Assembly: GCA_050246435.1 (NCBI GenBank)
Contig: JBFWWB010000001.1
Span: 736-64,735 of the forward strand
DNA: 64,000 bases
Source of the DNA: Hyphomonadaceae bacterium
GTDB taxonomy: Bacteria > Pseudomonadota > Alphaproteobacteria > Caulobacterales > Aquidulcibacteraceae
Reading direction: 5' to 3'
The notes under the pieces were generated by a model. That model worked only from the letters and a program-made list of their open reading frames with translations. It did no database searches and was not told where the DNA came from. Positions 17,797 through 27,097 of the stretch are shown in pieces (position 1 is the stretch's first letter; each line of letters starts with the position of its first letter). Made by a program: the position numbers and the translations under genes.

Positions 17797-19113
17797 TTAC
17801 GCGTCCTGCCGCGCCTCAATCACGTCTTCCACCGTGCGCAGACCCGCATGCGGCGCGGTGACGAGCACGGCCATGTTGCCGGGCTGATGCTCGTTATTCA
17901 GCATCTTCTCGTGCGCGTCGGGAATTTGATCCCAGCCGAACACCTCCGAAAGCGCAGGATCGATGCGCCGGTCGATCACCAGCTTGTTGGCGGCCGACGC
18001 TTGCTTCAGGTGCGCGAAATGGCTGCCCTGAACGCGCTTTTGGCGCATCCAGAGAAAGCGCGCGTCCATCGTCAGATTGTAGCCCGTCGTGCCCGCGCAG
18101 ATGACGACCATGCCGCCGCGCTTCACGACGAACACCGAAACCGGAAAGGTGCTCTCGCCCGGATGCTCGAACACGATATCGACATCCTTGCCGCCGGTGA
18201 TTTCCCAGATTGCTTTGCCGAATTTTCGGCTTTCGCGCATGTAGGCGGAGAATTCCGGCCCGTTCACCGTGGGCAGCTGGCCCCAGCAATTGAAATCCTT
18301 GCGGTTGAGCACCGCCTTCGCGCCCATCGAGAGCACGTAATCCTTCTTCGCATCGTCGGAGACGACGCCGATCGCGTGTGCGCCGGAAACCGCGCAAAGC
18401 TGCACCGCGAACACACCCAAGCCCCCGCTCGCGCCCCACACCAGCACATTGTCGCCCGGCTTGATGACGTGCGGCTCGTGGCCGAACAGCATCCGGTACG
18501 CGGTGGCGAGGGTCAGCGTGTAGCAGGCGCTCTCCTCCCACGTCAGATGCTTGGGGCGGTGCATCAACTGGCGCGCCTGCACCTTGCAGAATTGCGCGAA
18601 GGAGCCGTCCGTCGTCTCGTAGCCCCAGATGCGCTGGCTCTGCGAGAACATCGGATCGCCGCCGTTGCACTCTTCGTCGTCGCCGTCGTCCTGGTTGCAG
18701 TGGATGACGACCTCGTCGCCCGGCTTCCAGCGCTTCACCTTGGAGCCCACGGCCCAGACGATGCCCGACGCGTCCGATCCGGCGACGTGATAGGGCTGCT
18801 TGTGCCCGTCGAGCGGGCTCAGCGGCTGCCCGAGGGCCGCCCAAATGCCATTGTAGTTCACGCCCGCCGCCATCACGAGAACGAGCGCCTCGTCCTCGCC
18901 CACCGTCGGCGTCGGCACGATTTCGAGCTGCATCGCCTGTTTCGGCCGGCCGTGGCGCTCCTTGCGGATCGCCCAGGCGTACATTTTGGCAGGCACATGG
19001 TACGGCGGCGGCACTTCGCCGACTTCGTACAGGTCTTTCGCGGCGTTGACCGCCGAGCTGGCTATCGCCGTTACGCTCAAAGCGGCCCCTCCGCTTCCTG
19101 TGAATGAAGCCAT
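17797..19113 (-). CDS. ccr: crotonyl-CoA carboxylase/reductase
   Basis: DLYEVGEVPPPYHVPAKMYAWAIRKERHG and HCNQDDGDDEECNGGDPMFSQSQRIWGYETTDGSFAQF are near-identical to what I recall of characterized Ccr proteins. 438 aa. Confidence 0.92.
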   Translation of the reverse strand: MASFTGSGGAALSVTAIASSAVNAAKDLYEVGEVPPPYHVPAKMYAWAIRKERHGRPKQAMQLEIVPTPTVGEDEALVLVMAAGVNYNGIWAALGQPLSPLDGHKQPYHVAGSDASGIVWAVGSKVKRWKPGDEVVIHCNQDDGDDEECNGGDPMFSQSQRIWGYETTDGSFAQFCKVQARQLMHRPKHLTWEESACYTLTLATAYRMLFGHEPHVIKPGDNVLVWGASGGLGVFAVQLCAVSGAHAIGVVSDDAKKDYVLSMGAKAVLNRKDFNCWGQLPTVNGPEFSAYMRESRKFGKAIWEITGGKDVDIVFEHPGESTFPVSVFVVKRGGMVVICAGTTGYNLTMDARFLWMRQKRVQGSHFAHLKQASAANKLVIDRRIDPALSEVFGWDQIPDAHEKMLNNEHQPGNMAVLVTAPHAGLRTVEDVIEARQDA

Positions 19114-19160
19114 TCTTGCGCTCTTTTGCTGCAGTGCGCAACGGATAGGCGAAATTTGCC

Positions 19161-19212
19161 GGTGACGGCATCAGAAAATTATCGAAAATCAAAGCGATAA
19201 AATACCGTCACC
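19161..19212. promoter_or_regulatory. nested inverted repeat in the AT-rich ccr upstream region (candidate operator or leader structure)
   Basis: GGTGACGG (19161-19168) and CCGTCACC (19205-19212) flank a 36 nt AT-rich core. The core contains an inner repeat, TATCG-N10-CGATA. The element lies 48-99 nt upstream of the ccr start. Confidence 0.35.
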
Positions 19213-19259
19213 ATGCTGCAAGCGCTAAGCACCGGCTTGGATTTTTCGCCATCGCCGCA

Positions 19260-19784
19260 GTGGCGTATCGTTCGGCCGTGGCTCCCATCCTCTTCCGCCC
19301 CAGCCGCTGGAAGGCGGCGTTGCTGGGCCTGCTCGCCATCGCCATGACGGCGCTTTCGCTGTGGCTCGCTTTCTTCACGGCGGAGGCGTTGTTCTACCGC
19401 CTCTGCGGCGCGGCGGGCGTTTTGCTGTTCGGCGCGGCGATCCCGGCGGCGCTGCGCCGCGTATTCGACCGCACGCCGGTGATCGAGGTTTCCGAGTGGG
19501 GCGTGCGCGATCGCCGCCAGGGCGTCGCCGCGCCGTGGGCGCAGATTCGCGCCGCGCGCGTCTGGATCCAGGCGATCGATGCCGCGCGCGTGCCCTGGAT
19601 CGTGCTGGAGGTGGAGGATGCGGACGCCGTCTATGAACGCCGCGACGCCGCCACCCGCGCTTTGCGCGCGCTCAACCGGCGCCTCGGCTATCCAGAGGTG
19701 GTGTTGAAGACCCAGGGCCTGCCGCGCGCTCATCGCGGCGTGATGGAGGCGATCGCCGCCTTCCGCCCGGCGCTCGTGTGCTAG
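19260..19784 (+). CDS. hypothetical membrane protein
   Basis: Two N-terminal helices followed by a roughly 100 aa soluble domain. GTG start. No family recognised with confidence. Confidence 0.45.
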   Translation: MAYRSAVAPILFRPSRWKAALLGLLAIAMTALSLWLAFFTAEALFYRLCGAAGVLLFGAAIPAALRRVFDRTPVIEVSEWGVRDRRQGVAAPWAQIRAARVWIQAIDAARVPWIVLEVEDADAVYERRDAATRALRALNRRLGYPEVVLKTQGLPRAHRGVMEAIAAFRPALVC

Positions 19785-20659
19785 TGGTCGCCCGGCGCCA
19801 TCTCGCCCGCGCGCACCGCCGTGGCGATCACGTCGCGCGCGAACGGGCAATTATAATGCGGCGTGCGCGCGCAATTCGGATTGTAGGCGTAGTTGAAATC
19901 GAGCGTCACGGTCTTCGGCGGAAACGGCCCGTCGGCGTCGGCGTCCAGATAGCGCCCGGTGTCGTAGCTTTCCTCGCCGGTGGTCTTGTCGAGGAAGAAG
20001 GCGGAAAGCCCGTCCGAGCCTTCGGCGTCCCCGGAATAGAGCGGCAGCTTCACATGCGCGCCGTTCAGATCGAATTCCGCATAGCCCACACGCCAGAAGC
20101 GCTTCCACCAGCCCCGCGAGGTTTGAAAATCCATCGGCTGCGCCGGCTCGGCGTGGAACGCGGCCGTCACGACATACGAGGGCGCGTACGGAAAATACGA
20201 AAGCCCGGTGAATGCCTTCGCCGCGGGATTAGCCTGGTTGTACGCGAACAGCCGCACGCCCATGCGGCCGGGCGCGATTTGCGTCATCTGCGCGCGCACG
20301 TCGCGGGCCCCATCGACGCTGATCTCGCCGCCGGCTTCCGCCGCGAACGTCACGCGCTTGGCGCCCGCCGCCAGCGTGATCTGGCCGCCGGCGTATGTGG
20401 CGGTCGCGATCGCAGGCGCCGCCTTTTCAAGCCGCCAAGCCGACCCGCCGTCCGGTTTGGCGACCAACCACGCCGTCTCGCCCGGGTTCAGATACACCGC
20501 GTCGTCGATCTTCAGGATCGCGAAGCGGTTCGTCGCGTAGGCCGCTTCCGTCGCCTTGATGTCCTCCTGCCAGCGCGTTTCCGGCGCTTCGAGCGCGCTC
20601 GCGCCGGCGGCCAGCGCGATCACCGCCGCGCGCGCGAAGGGCAGAAAGCTTGCAATCAT
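19781..20659 (-). CDS. DUF1684 domain-containing protein (secreted)
   Basis: Signal peptide, then a C-terminal LDFNYAYNPNCARTPHYNCPFARDVIATAVRAGE that matches the remembered DUF1684 signature (N-AYNPxC...CP). Confidence 0.7.
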   Translation of the reverse strand: MIASFLPFARAAVIALAAGASALEAPETRWQEDIKATEAAYATNRFAILKIDDAVYLNPGETAWLVAKPDGGSAWRLEKAAPAIATATYAGGQITLAAGAKRVTFAAEAGGEISVDGARDVRAQMTQIAPGRMGVRLFAYNQANPAAKAFTGLSYFPYAPSYVVTAAFHAEPAQPMDFQTSRGWWKRFWRVGYAEFDLNGAHVKLPLYSGDAEGSDGLSAFFLDKTTGEESYDTGRYLDADADGPFPPKTVTLDFNYAYNPNCARTPHYNCPFARDVIATAVRAGEMAPGDH

Positions 20660-20760
20660 GCCTCAGAGGGGAGCATCGCCGCCCCGGCGGCGTCAACGCC
20701 CCTTCTCTTGCGCCCCGGCGCGCGCAATCCTGCCGCCCTCTGTCCGGCGAGGCCGCCCCG

Positions 20761-22749
20761 ATGACCGATTTCCAGCACGCGCCCGATCCGCCTTGGATCT
20801 TCCGCACCTACGCCGGCCACTCCACGCCCGCCGAGAGCAACAAGCTCTACCGGGCCAATCTCGCGAAGGGGCAGACCGGCCTCTCCGTCGCGTTCGATCT
20901 GCCGACGCAGACCGGCTACGATAGCGATCACGCGCTGGCGCGCGGCGAGGTCGGCAAGGTGGGCGTGCCGGTCGGCCATCTGGGCGACATGCGCGCGCTG
21001 TTCGATCAAATTCCGCTCGAGCGGATGAACACGTCGATGACGATCAACGCGCCCGCCGCCTGGCTGATCGCGCTCTACGCCGCCTGCGCCGGCGAGCAAG
21101 GCGCCGATGTGAAGAAACTCTCAGGCACTACTCAAAACGACATCATCAAGGAATACCTTTCCCGCGGCACCTACATCTTCCCGCCCGGCCCTTCGCTGAA
21201 CCTCACCGCCGATACGATCGCGTGGTGTCTGCACGAAATGCCGCGCTGGAACCCGATGAATGTCTGCTCCTACCATCTGCAGGAAGCGGGCGCGACGCCG
21301 GAGCAGGAATTGGCCTACGCGCTGGCCACCTCCATCGCCGTGTTGGATGCGGTGAGAGCACAGGGCACGGTGCGGGATGAGGAATTCACGCTGGTGTTCA
21401 GCCGCATCTCCTTCTTCGTAAACGCCGGCATCCGCTTCGTCACCGAAACCTGCAAGATGCGCGCGTTCACCGAGCTGTGGGAGGAGATCGGCCGCGCGCG
21501 CTACGGCGTGACGGATGAGAAGGCGCTGCGCTTCCGCTACGGCGTGCAGGTCAACTCGCTCGGCCTCACCGAGCCGCAGGCGGAGAACAACGTCTATCGC
21601 ATCCTGTTGGAAATGCTGGCGGTGACGCTTTCCAAGGATGCGCGCGCCCGCGCCGTGCAGCTGCCCGCGTGGAACGAGGCGCTGGGCCTGCCCCGCCCGT
21701 GGGATCAGCAATGGTCGCTGCGGATGCAGCAGGTCGTCGCCTACGAAACGGACCTGCTGGAATTCGAAGACATCTTCAACGGCTCCGCCGTGATCGCCGC
21801 GAAGGTGGCGCAGCTTAAGGAAGGCGCGCGCGCCGCCCTCGCCGAGATCGACGCGATGGGCGGCTCCATCGTGGCGGTGGAGAGCGGCTACATGAAACAG
21901 CGCCTCGTGGAGTCGAACGCCGCCCGCGTGCGCGGCGTCGAAACCGGCGCGATGACCGTCGTCGGCGTCAATAAATTCACCACCACCGAGGAATCCCCGC
22001 TTTCCGCCGGCGAAGGCGCGATCCAGGTGATCGACAGCAGGGTCGAAGCCGAGCAGATCGGGCGCCTGAAAGCCTGGCGCGCCGCGCGGGACGCAAGGGC
22101 GGCCGCCGCCGCGCTCGCGCAGCTCGAAGTGGATGCGCGCGAAGGCCGCAACGTGATGCCCGCCTCCATCGCCTGCGCGCGCGCCGGCGTGACGACGGGC
22201 GAATGGGGCGCCGCCCTGCGCGCCGTGTTCGGCGAATACCGCCCGCCTACCGGCGTCACCATCGTGGTGCGCGCCGACGAGGAAGAAGACATCGAAACCG
22301 TGAAGGCCGAAGTCGCGCGCGTCTCCAAGGCGCTCGGCCGCCCGCTCACCTTCGTCGTCGGCAAGCCAGGGCTCGACGGCCACTCCAACGGCGCCGAACA
22401 GATCGCGGTGCGCGCCGGCGCGGTGGGCATGAACGTCGTCTATGAGGGCATCCGCCTCACGCCGCAGGAAATCGTCGACGCGGCGCGCACGGCGAAGGCG
22501 CACGCCGTCGGCCTCTCGATCCTGTCCGGCAGCCATCTCGATCTGGTGCAGGAGGTCGTGCGGCTGATGCGCAACGCCGGTATGGACAATGTGCCCGTCG
22601 TCGTCGGCGGCATCATCCCGCCGGACGACGAATTGGTGCTGAAGCAGATGGGCGTCACGGCGGTGTACACGCCGAAGGATTTCAAGCTCACCCAGATCAT
22701 GGGCGACGTGGTGCGCATCGTGGAAAAGAAGGCCCTCGCGCCGGCGTGA
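20761..22749 (+). CDS. ecm: ethylmalonyl-CoA mutase (B12-dependent, fused large and B12-binding domains)
   Basis: PWIFRTYAGHSTPAESNKLYRANLAKGQTGLSVAFDLPTQTGYDSDH closely resembles MeaA/Ecm. The C-terminal B12 domain has GKPGLDGHSNGAEQIA (DxHxxG). Start at ATG 20761. Confidence 0.9.
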   Translation: MTDFQHAPDPPWIFRTYAGHSTPAESNKLYRANLAKGQTGLSVAFDLPTQTGYDSDHALARGEVGKVGVPVGHLGDMRALFDQIPLERMNTSMTINAPAAWLIALYAACAGEQGADVKKLSGTTQNDIIKEYLSRGTYIFPPGPSLNLTADTIAWCLHEMPRWNPMNVCSYHLQEAGATPEQELAYALATSIAVLDAVRAQGTVRDEEFTLVFSRISFFVNAGIRFVTETCKMRAFTELWEEIGRARYGVTDEKALRFRYGVQVNSLGLTEPQAENNVYRILLEMLAVTLSKDARARAVQLPAWNEALGLPRPWDQQWSLRMQQVVAYETDLLEFEDIFNGSAVIAAKVAQLKEGARAALAEIDAMGGSIVAVESGYMKQRLVESNAARVRGVETGAMTVVGVNKFTTTEESPLSAGEGAIQVIDSRVEAEQIGRLKAWRAARDARAAAAALAQLEVDAREGRNVMPASIACARAGVTTGEWGAALRAVFGEYRPPTGVTIVVRADEEEDIETVKAEVARVSKALGRPLTFVVGKPGLDGHSNGAEQIAVRAGAVGMNVVYEGIRLTPQEIVDAARTAKAHAVGLSILSGSHLDLVQEVVRLMRNAGMDNVPVVVGGIIPPDDELVLKQMGVTAVYTPKDFKLTQIMGDVVRIVEKKALAPA

Positions 22750-23492
22750 TCATCCCACCAGCCATGATCGAGCGCGCGACTTTGCTGGCGTGGCCTGCGC
22801 GCGAGCGCGCCGAGCGCTTCGGCTGGGTCTTCAACGCGTCGGAAGGATTTTCCCGCCGCATCAACGCCATCTGGCCGCTCAGCTGGACCGGAGAAGCGCC
22901 GCTTGATGACGCCATCGGCTTTGCGGAGGCCTGGGCGCGTGAGCGCGGCGTGACGCCGAGCTTCAAGCTTTCCGAGGGACTCGTCGCGCCGCCCGAACTC
23001 CAAGCAAGGCTGCGCGACCGCGGCTACACGCCCTTAGCGCCCACTATCGCTATGGCCGCCCCGCTCGGAGCGCGTGAGCTATCTTCGTCACGGGTTGCGC
23101 TTGCGCGCGATCCGGATGTCGCTTTTCTGGCGCCGATGCGCGCGGACGCCAAATCGGACGGCGAATACGCCGAACGCAGCAGCGCATTGCATCGAACGCC
23201 GACGCCGCGCGCCTTCGCAACCCTCCGCGCGGACGGCGCGCCTGTGGCGATGGGCGCATGCGTGCTTGTCGGCGCCGTAGCTTCGATCTTCGCGATGCGC
23301 ACGCAGCGTGGCGCCCAGCGGCGCGGCTACGCGCGCGAAACGCTGAGCACGCTGCTGGCTTGGGCGCAGGGCGCGGGCGCGACGGTGGCCGCTTTGCAGG
23401 TGGGGCGCGCGACCCCCCCCGCCTTGGCGCTGTATGCGAGCGAGGGCTTCACGCCGCTTTACGCCTATGCGCACTGGCGCGCGCCGGCCTAA
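22746..23492 (+). CDS. GNAT family N-acetyltransferase
   Basis: C-terminal acetyl-CoA binding region RGAQRRGYARETLSTLLAWAQGAG ... LYASEGF. The start is uncertain (GTG 22746 overlapping the ecm stop, or ATG 22764). Confidence 0.6.
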   Translation: MIIPPAMIERATLLAWPARERAERFGWVFNASEGFSRRINAIWPLSWTGEAPLDDAIGFAEAWARERGVTPSFKLSEGLVAPPELQARLRDRGYTPLAPTIAMAAPLGARELSSSRVALARDPDVAFLAPMRADAKSDGEYAERSSALHRTPTPRAFATLRADGAPVAMGACVLVGAVASIFAMRTQRGAQRRGYARETLSTLLAWAQGAGATVAALQVGRATPPALALYASEGFTPLYAYAHWRAPA

Positions 23493-24049
23493 ACCGCCGC
23501 CGCATAGCGCGAGAACACATTCCCGTTCGTGAAGCGCTGCGATTCCAGAAGACTCAGGCCCACGCGACGCGTCACGCCTTCGAACAATGTGCGTCCTGCG
23601 CCCAGCACGATCGGCACGGTGACGATCTGATACTCATCGATCAGGCCCGCCTCCGTGAGCTGCGCGACGATCGCGCCGCTGCCGAGGATCACGATCGGCG
23701 CGCCGGCCTCCTGCTTCAGCGTGCGCACGGCGCCGGCAAGGTCGCCGCTGAAGAGACGCGTGTTGTTCCAGTCTGTGCGCACCAGGCTGCGCGAGAACAC
23801 GATCTTCTCCGCCGCGTTCATTTTCGCGGCGGTCGCGGGCATCGCCTTCGCCGCAGCCGGCGTCGGCCAGAAGCCCGCCATCAACCGATACGTCACCCGG
23901 CCGAACAGCAGCGCGCCATCGCCGCTGGCATTGCCTTCGCTGAACGCCCGCCATTCCGCATCGTCGCGATGCGCCCAGGACATGTCGCCCGCGGCGTCCA
24001 CGAAATAGCCGTCGAGGCTGGTCATTTCGAACGCGCTGACGCTTCTCAC
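23489..24049 (-). CDS. dihydrofolate reductase family protein (RibD C-terminal domain type), second copy
   Basis: MTSLDGYFVDAAGDMSW ... LLFGRVTYRLMAGFW ... IVILGSGAIVAQL ... IDEYQIVTVPIVLGAG. The GTG at 24049 overlaps the TGA of the upstream EamA gene (GTGA). Confidence 0.75.
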   Translation of the reverse strand: MRSVSAFEMTSLDGYFVDAAGDMSWAHRDDAEWRAFSEGNASGDGALLFGRVTYRLMAGFWPTPAAAKAMPATAAKMNAAEKIVFSRSLVRTDWNNTRLFSGDLAGAVRTLKQEAGAPIVILGSGAIVAQLTEAGLIDEYQIVTVPIVLGAGRTLFEGVTRRVGLSLLESQRFTNGNVFSRYAAAV

Positions 24050-24957
24050 GCGCCTTGCTCCGCGGTTGCAAGTTTCTCCTTCGACGCGCCGCGCGTCTGC
24101 ACGATCCACACGCCCAGCAGAATGAGCGCCGCGCCGGCGATGCCGAGCGGCGCCAGCGCTTCGCCGAACAAAATCCAGGAAAGAGCCGCCGCCGCCAGAG
24201 GCTGTAGCCACAGCAGCACCGTGGACAGCGCGATCGGCAGCCGCCCGAGGCCCACCGCGATCAGGCCCTGCCCGCCGACCTGCACGATCAAGCCAAGCCC
24301 CGCGAGCACCGCCCAACCCTTCAACGTCTGCGGCAGCATCACATCGCCGAACAGCAGGCTGGACGTCAGCGCCACGCCAAGCGCGGCGCTCGTCGTCCAG
24401 AACATCGCCTGCGCCGCTGGCGTTTCGCGCCGCGCGCCACGCATCAGCACGAGATAAACCGCGTACCAAACCGCCGCGAACAGCGCGAGGCCGTCGCCGG
24501 AAAAGTCGCCGCGGCCGCCTTGCGCGCGCGAATAAGCGAGCGCCGCCGCCCCGAGGATCGAAGCGCCCGCGCCGGCCGCGAAGCCCCAGCCCACGCGCTC
24601 GCGGAAGAAAATCCAGCCCGCCGCCGCGGCGAGCACCGGCGTCATGTTGGAAAACAAAGTAGCGTTGGTCACCGTCGTGAAGAACAGCGACGCGTGCCAC
24701 AGTGCGATATCGAGCCCGAACGCCACGCCCGCAATCGCCAGCACGCCCAGGGTCTGTGGATTGGGCGGCGTTCGGTTACGCCGCGTCGACAGCGCGATCA
24801 GGGCGAGCACCGGCAGCGCGAAGATGAAGCGCCACGCCGCCGTCGCCTGCGGCCCCACCTCGGAAAGCCGCACCAGGATCGGCCCCACGCCCAGCAGCAA
24901 AGCGCCCGCGCCAACGGCCGCGATCGCCCCGGCGTGCGCACGCGCGGCGGGCGTCAA
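24046..24957 (-). CDS. DMT superfamily (EamA-like) transporter
   Basis: 303 aa with about ten hydrophobic helices in two repeated halves, the typical EamA duplication. Confidence 0.85.
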   Translation of the reverse strand: MTPAARAHAGAIAAVGAGALLLGVGPILVRLSEVGPQATAAWRFIFALPVLALIALSTRRNRTPPNPQTLGVLAIAGVAFGLDIALWHASLFFTTVTNATLFSNMTPVLAAAAGWIFFRERVGWGFAAGAGASILGAAALAYSRAQGGRGDFSGDGLALFAAVWYAVYLVLMRGARRETPAAQAMFWTTSAALGVALTSSLLFGDVMLPQTLKGWAVLAGLGLIVQVGGQGLIAVGLGRLPIALSTVLLWLQPLAAAALSWILFGEALAPLGIAGAALILLGVWIVQTRGASKEKLATAEQGA

Positions 24958-25132
24958 ACTACGCCCCGGAGCACAACCCTGCGGGGAAATTGCGCATGTC
25001 TCACAGATTCGGCTCCGCCCCTGCTTTGCAGGCCTTTTAAATCGTTAACGCGGGGCCCGAGAGTGCTTAAATATATCCGTTGTTAGGCTCACGCGACTCG
25101 CAGCACCGTTTAACCCGGTTTTCACACCTACC

Positions 25133-25177
25133 CACCAAATCTAGGGGTCGAAACATCTGAGCGACACAATAGGTTGT
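25133..25177 (+). promoter_or_regulatory. candidate tandem NrdR boxes in the nrdA leader
   Basis: Two imperfect AT-centred palindromes, CACCAAATCTAGGGGT (25133-25148) and ACACAATAGGTTGT (25164-25177). Their centres are about 30 nt apart, loosely resembling the acaCwAtATaTwGtgt NrdR box arrangement. Confidence 0.3.
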
Positions 25178-25222
25178 TACTCAGGTATTAACGGCGAAGT
25201 CGAAACGCGGGACGGGAAGAGC

Positions 25223-27097
25223 ATGTATCGCAGCGAAGCGGCCAATCTGGCGAGCGCCCCTCAGAAAGCCAGCGACCGGCGGGGCAAACCCAAGGCGCTG
25301 AAGGCCGTCTCCACCCGCAAGGTCGTGACCGATCCCGCGCGGGACGCATTGCTGACCGATTTTGGCAAGACCACCCTGGAAGACCGCTACCTCCTGCCCG
25401 GCGAAAGCTTCCAGGACATGTTCGCCCGGGTGGCCACCGCCTATGCCGACGATGTCGACCACGCCCAGCGTATTTACGATTACATCTCCCAACTCTGGTT
25501 CATGCCCGCCACGCCGGTGCTCTCCAATGGCGGGGCCGAGCGCGGCCTGCCGATTTCCTGCTTCCTGAACGCGGTCGGCGATTCGCTTGAAGACATCGTG
25601 TCCACCTGGAACGAGAACGTCTGGCTCGCCTCCAACGGCGGCGGCATCGGCACCTATTGGGGCAGCGTCCGCTCGATCGGCGAAAAGGTCGGCCAGAACG
25701 GGCAGACCAGCGGCATCATCCCCTTCATCCGCGTGATGGACAGCCTCACCCTGGCGATCAGCCAGGGTTCGCTGCGGCGCGGTTCGGCGGCGGTCTATCT
25801 CGACGTGCACCATCCCGAGATCGAGGAATTCCTCGAAATCCGGAAAGCGTCGGGCGATTTCAACCGCAAGAGCCTGAACCTGCATCACGGCATCAACATC
25901 ACCGACGAATTCATGGAAGCCGTCCGCGACGGAACCGAATTCGCACTCAGGAGCCCGAAGAAGAACGAAGTCATCCGCATGGTGGATGCGCGCAAGCTGT
26001 GGGTGAAGATCCTCGAGCTGCGCCTGCAGACGGGCGAGCCCTACATCATCTTCTCCGACACGGTGAACCGGCAGATGCCGGCCCACCAGCAGAAGCTCGG
26101 CTTCAAGGTGCGTCAGTCGAATCTCTGCTCGGAGATCATGCTGCACACCGGGCTCGACCATCTGGGCCGCGACCGCACCGCCGTGTGCTGCCTCTCCTCG
26201 CTCAATGCGGAAAAATTCTTCGAGTGGGAAAAGCACGAAACCTTCCTGGAGGACGTGTTCCGCTTCCTCGACAATGTGCTGAGCGATTTCATCGACCGCG
26301 CGCCCGACGAGATGGAGCGCGCAAAATATGCGGCCTACCGCGAGCGCAGCGTGGGGCTCGGCCTCATGGGCTTCCACTCCTTCCTGCAGGGCCAGGGCGT
26401 GCCGCTCGAAAGCGCGATGGCGAAAAGCTGGAACATGCGTTTGTTCAAGCATATCCGCCGCGGCGCCGATGCGGCGAGCGTGAAGCTGGCGCAAGAACGC
26501 GGCGCCTGCCCGGATGCGGCCGAAGCCGGCATCATGGCGCGCTTTTCGCACAAGCTGGCGATCGCGCCGACCGCGTCGATCTCGATCATCTGCGGGGGCA
26601 CCTCCGCCGGCATCGAGCCGATCCCGGCGAATATCTACACGCACAAGACGCTTTCGGGCTCTTTCGCGGTGAAGAACCCCTATCTGGAGGATCTGCTGAA
26701 GCAGAAGGGCCAGGACACGCCGGCCGTCTGGGATTCGATCCTGAAGAACGAAGGCAGCGTGCAGCATCTCGATTTTCTCGATGCGCATGAGAAGGCCGTC
26801 TACAAGACGGCGTTCGAGCTGGATCAGCGCTGGGTGGTGGAGCTGGCGGCCGACCGCACGCCCTTCATCTGCCAAAGCCAGAGCGTGAACATCTTCCTGC
26901 CGGGCGACGTGAACAAGTGGGATCTGCACATGCTGCACTTCTCCGCATGGGAGAAAGGCATGAAGAGCCTCTATTATTGCCGCTCCAAGAGCGTGCAGCG
27001 CGCGGGCTTCGCCGGCAGCGAAAACGCGAGCGAAACGCCCGCCGAACTGATCGCCGTGGAAAAAACGGATTACGAGGAATGCCTCGCGTGCCAGTGA
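25223..27097 (+). CDS. nrdA: class I ribonucleoside-diphosphate reductase alpha subunit (short form without ATP cone)
   Basis: LSNGG, active-site RQSNLCSEI, TAVCCLSSLN, and a C-terminal redox pair ECLACQ. 624 aa. Confidence 0.92.
   Translation: MYRSEAANLASAPQKASDRRGKPKALKAVSTRKVVTDPARDALLTDFGKTTLEDRYLLPGESFQDMFARVATAYADDVDHAQRIYDYISQLWFMPATPVLSNGGAERGLPISCFLNAVGDSLEDIVSTWNENVWLASNGGGIGTYWGSVRSIGEKVGQNGQTSGIIPFIRVMDSLTLAISQGSLRRGSAAVYLDVHHPEIEEFLEIRKASGDFNRKSLNLHHGINITDEFMEAVRDGTEFALRSPKKNEVIRMVDARKLWVKILELRLQTGEPYIIFSDTVNRQMPAHQQKLGFKVRQSNLCSEIMLHTGLDHLGRDRTAVCCLSSLNAEKFFEWEKHETFLEDVFRFLDNVLSDFIDRAPDEMERAKYAAYRERSVGLGLMGFHSFLQGQGVPLESAMAKSWNMRLFKHIRRGADAASVKLAQERGACPDAAEAGIMARFSHKLAIAPTASISIICGGTSAGIEPIPANIYTHKTLSGSFAVKNPYLEDLLKQKGQDTPAVWDSILKNEGSVQHLDFLDAHEKAVYKTAFELDQRWVVELAADRTPFICQSQSVNIFLPGDVNKWDLHMLHFSAWEKGMKSLYYCRSKSVQRAGFAGSENASETPAELIAVEKTDYEECLACQ

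Noticed and set aside
24958-25222. Cobalamin riboswitch upstream of the RNR gene
   Set aside because: No B12-box-like string (AGYCMGG..GCC) and no GGTGAAAATCC-type core is seen in the leader.
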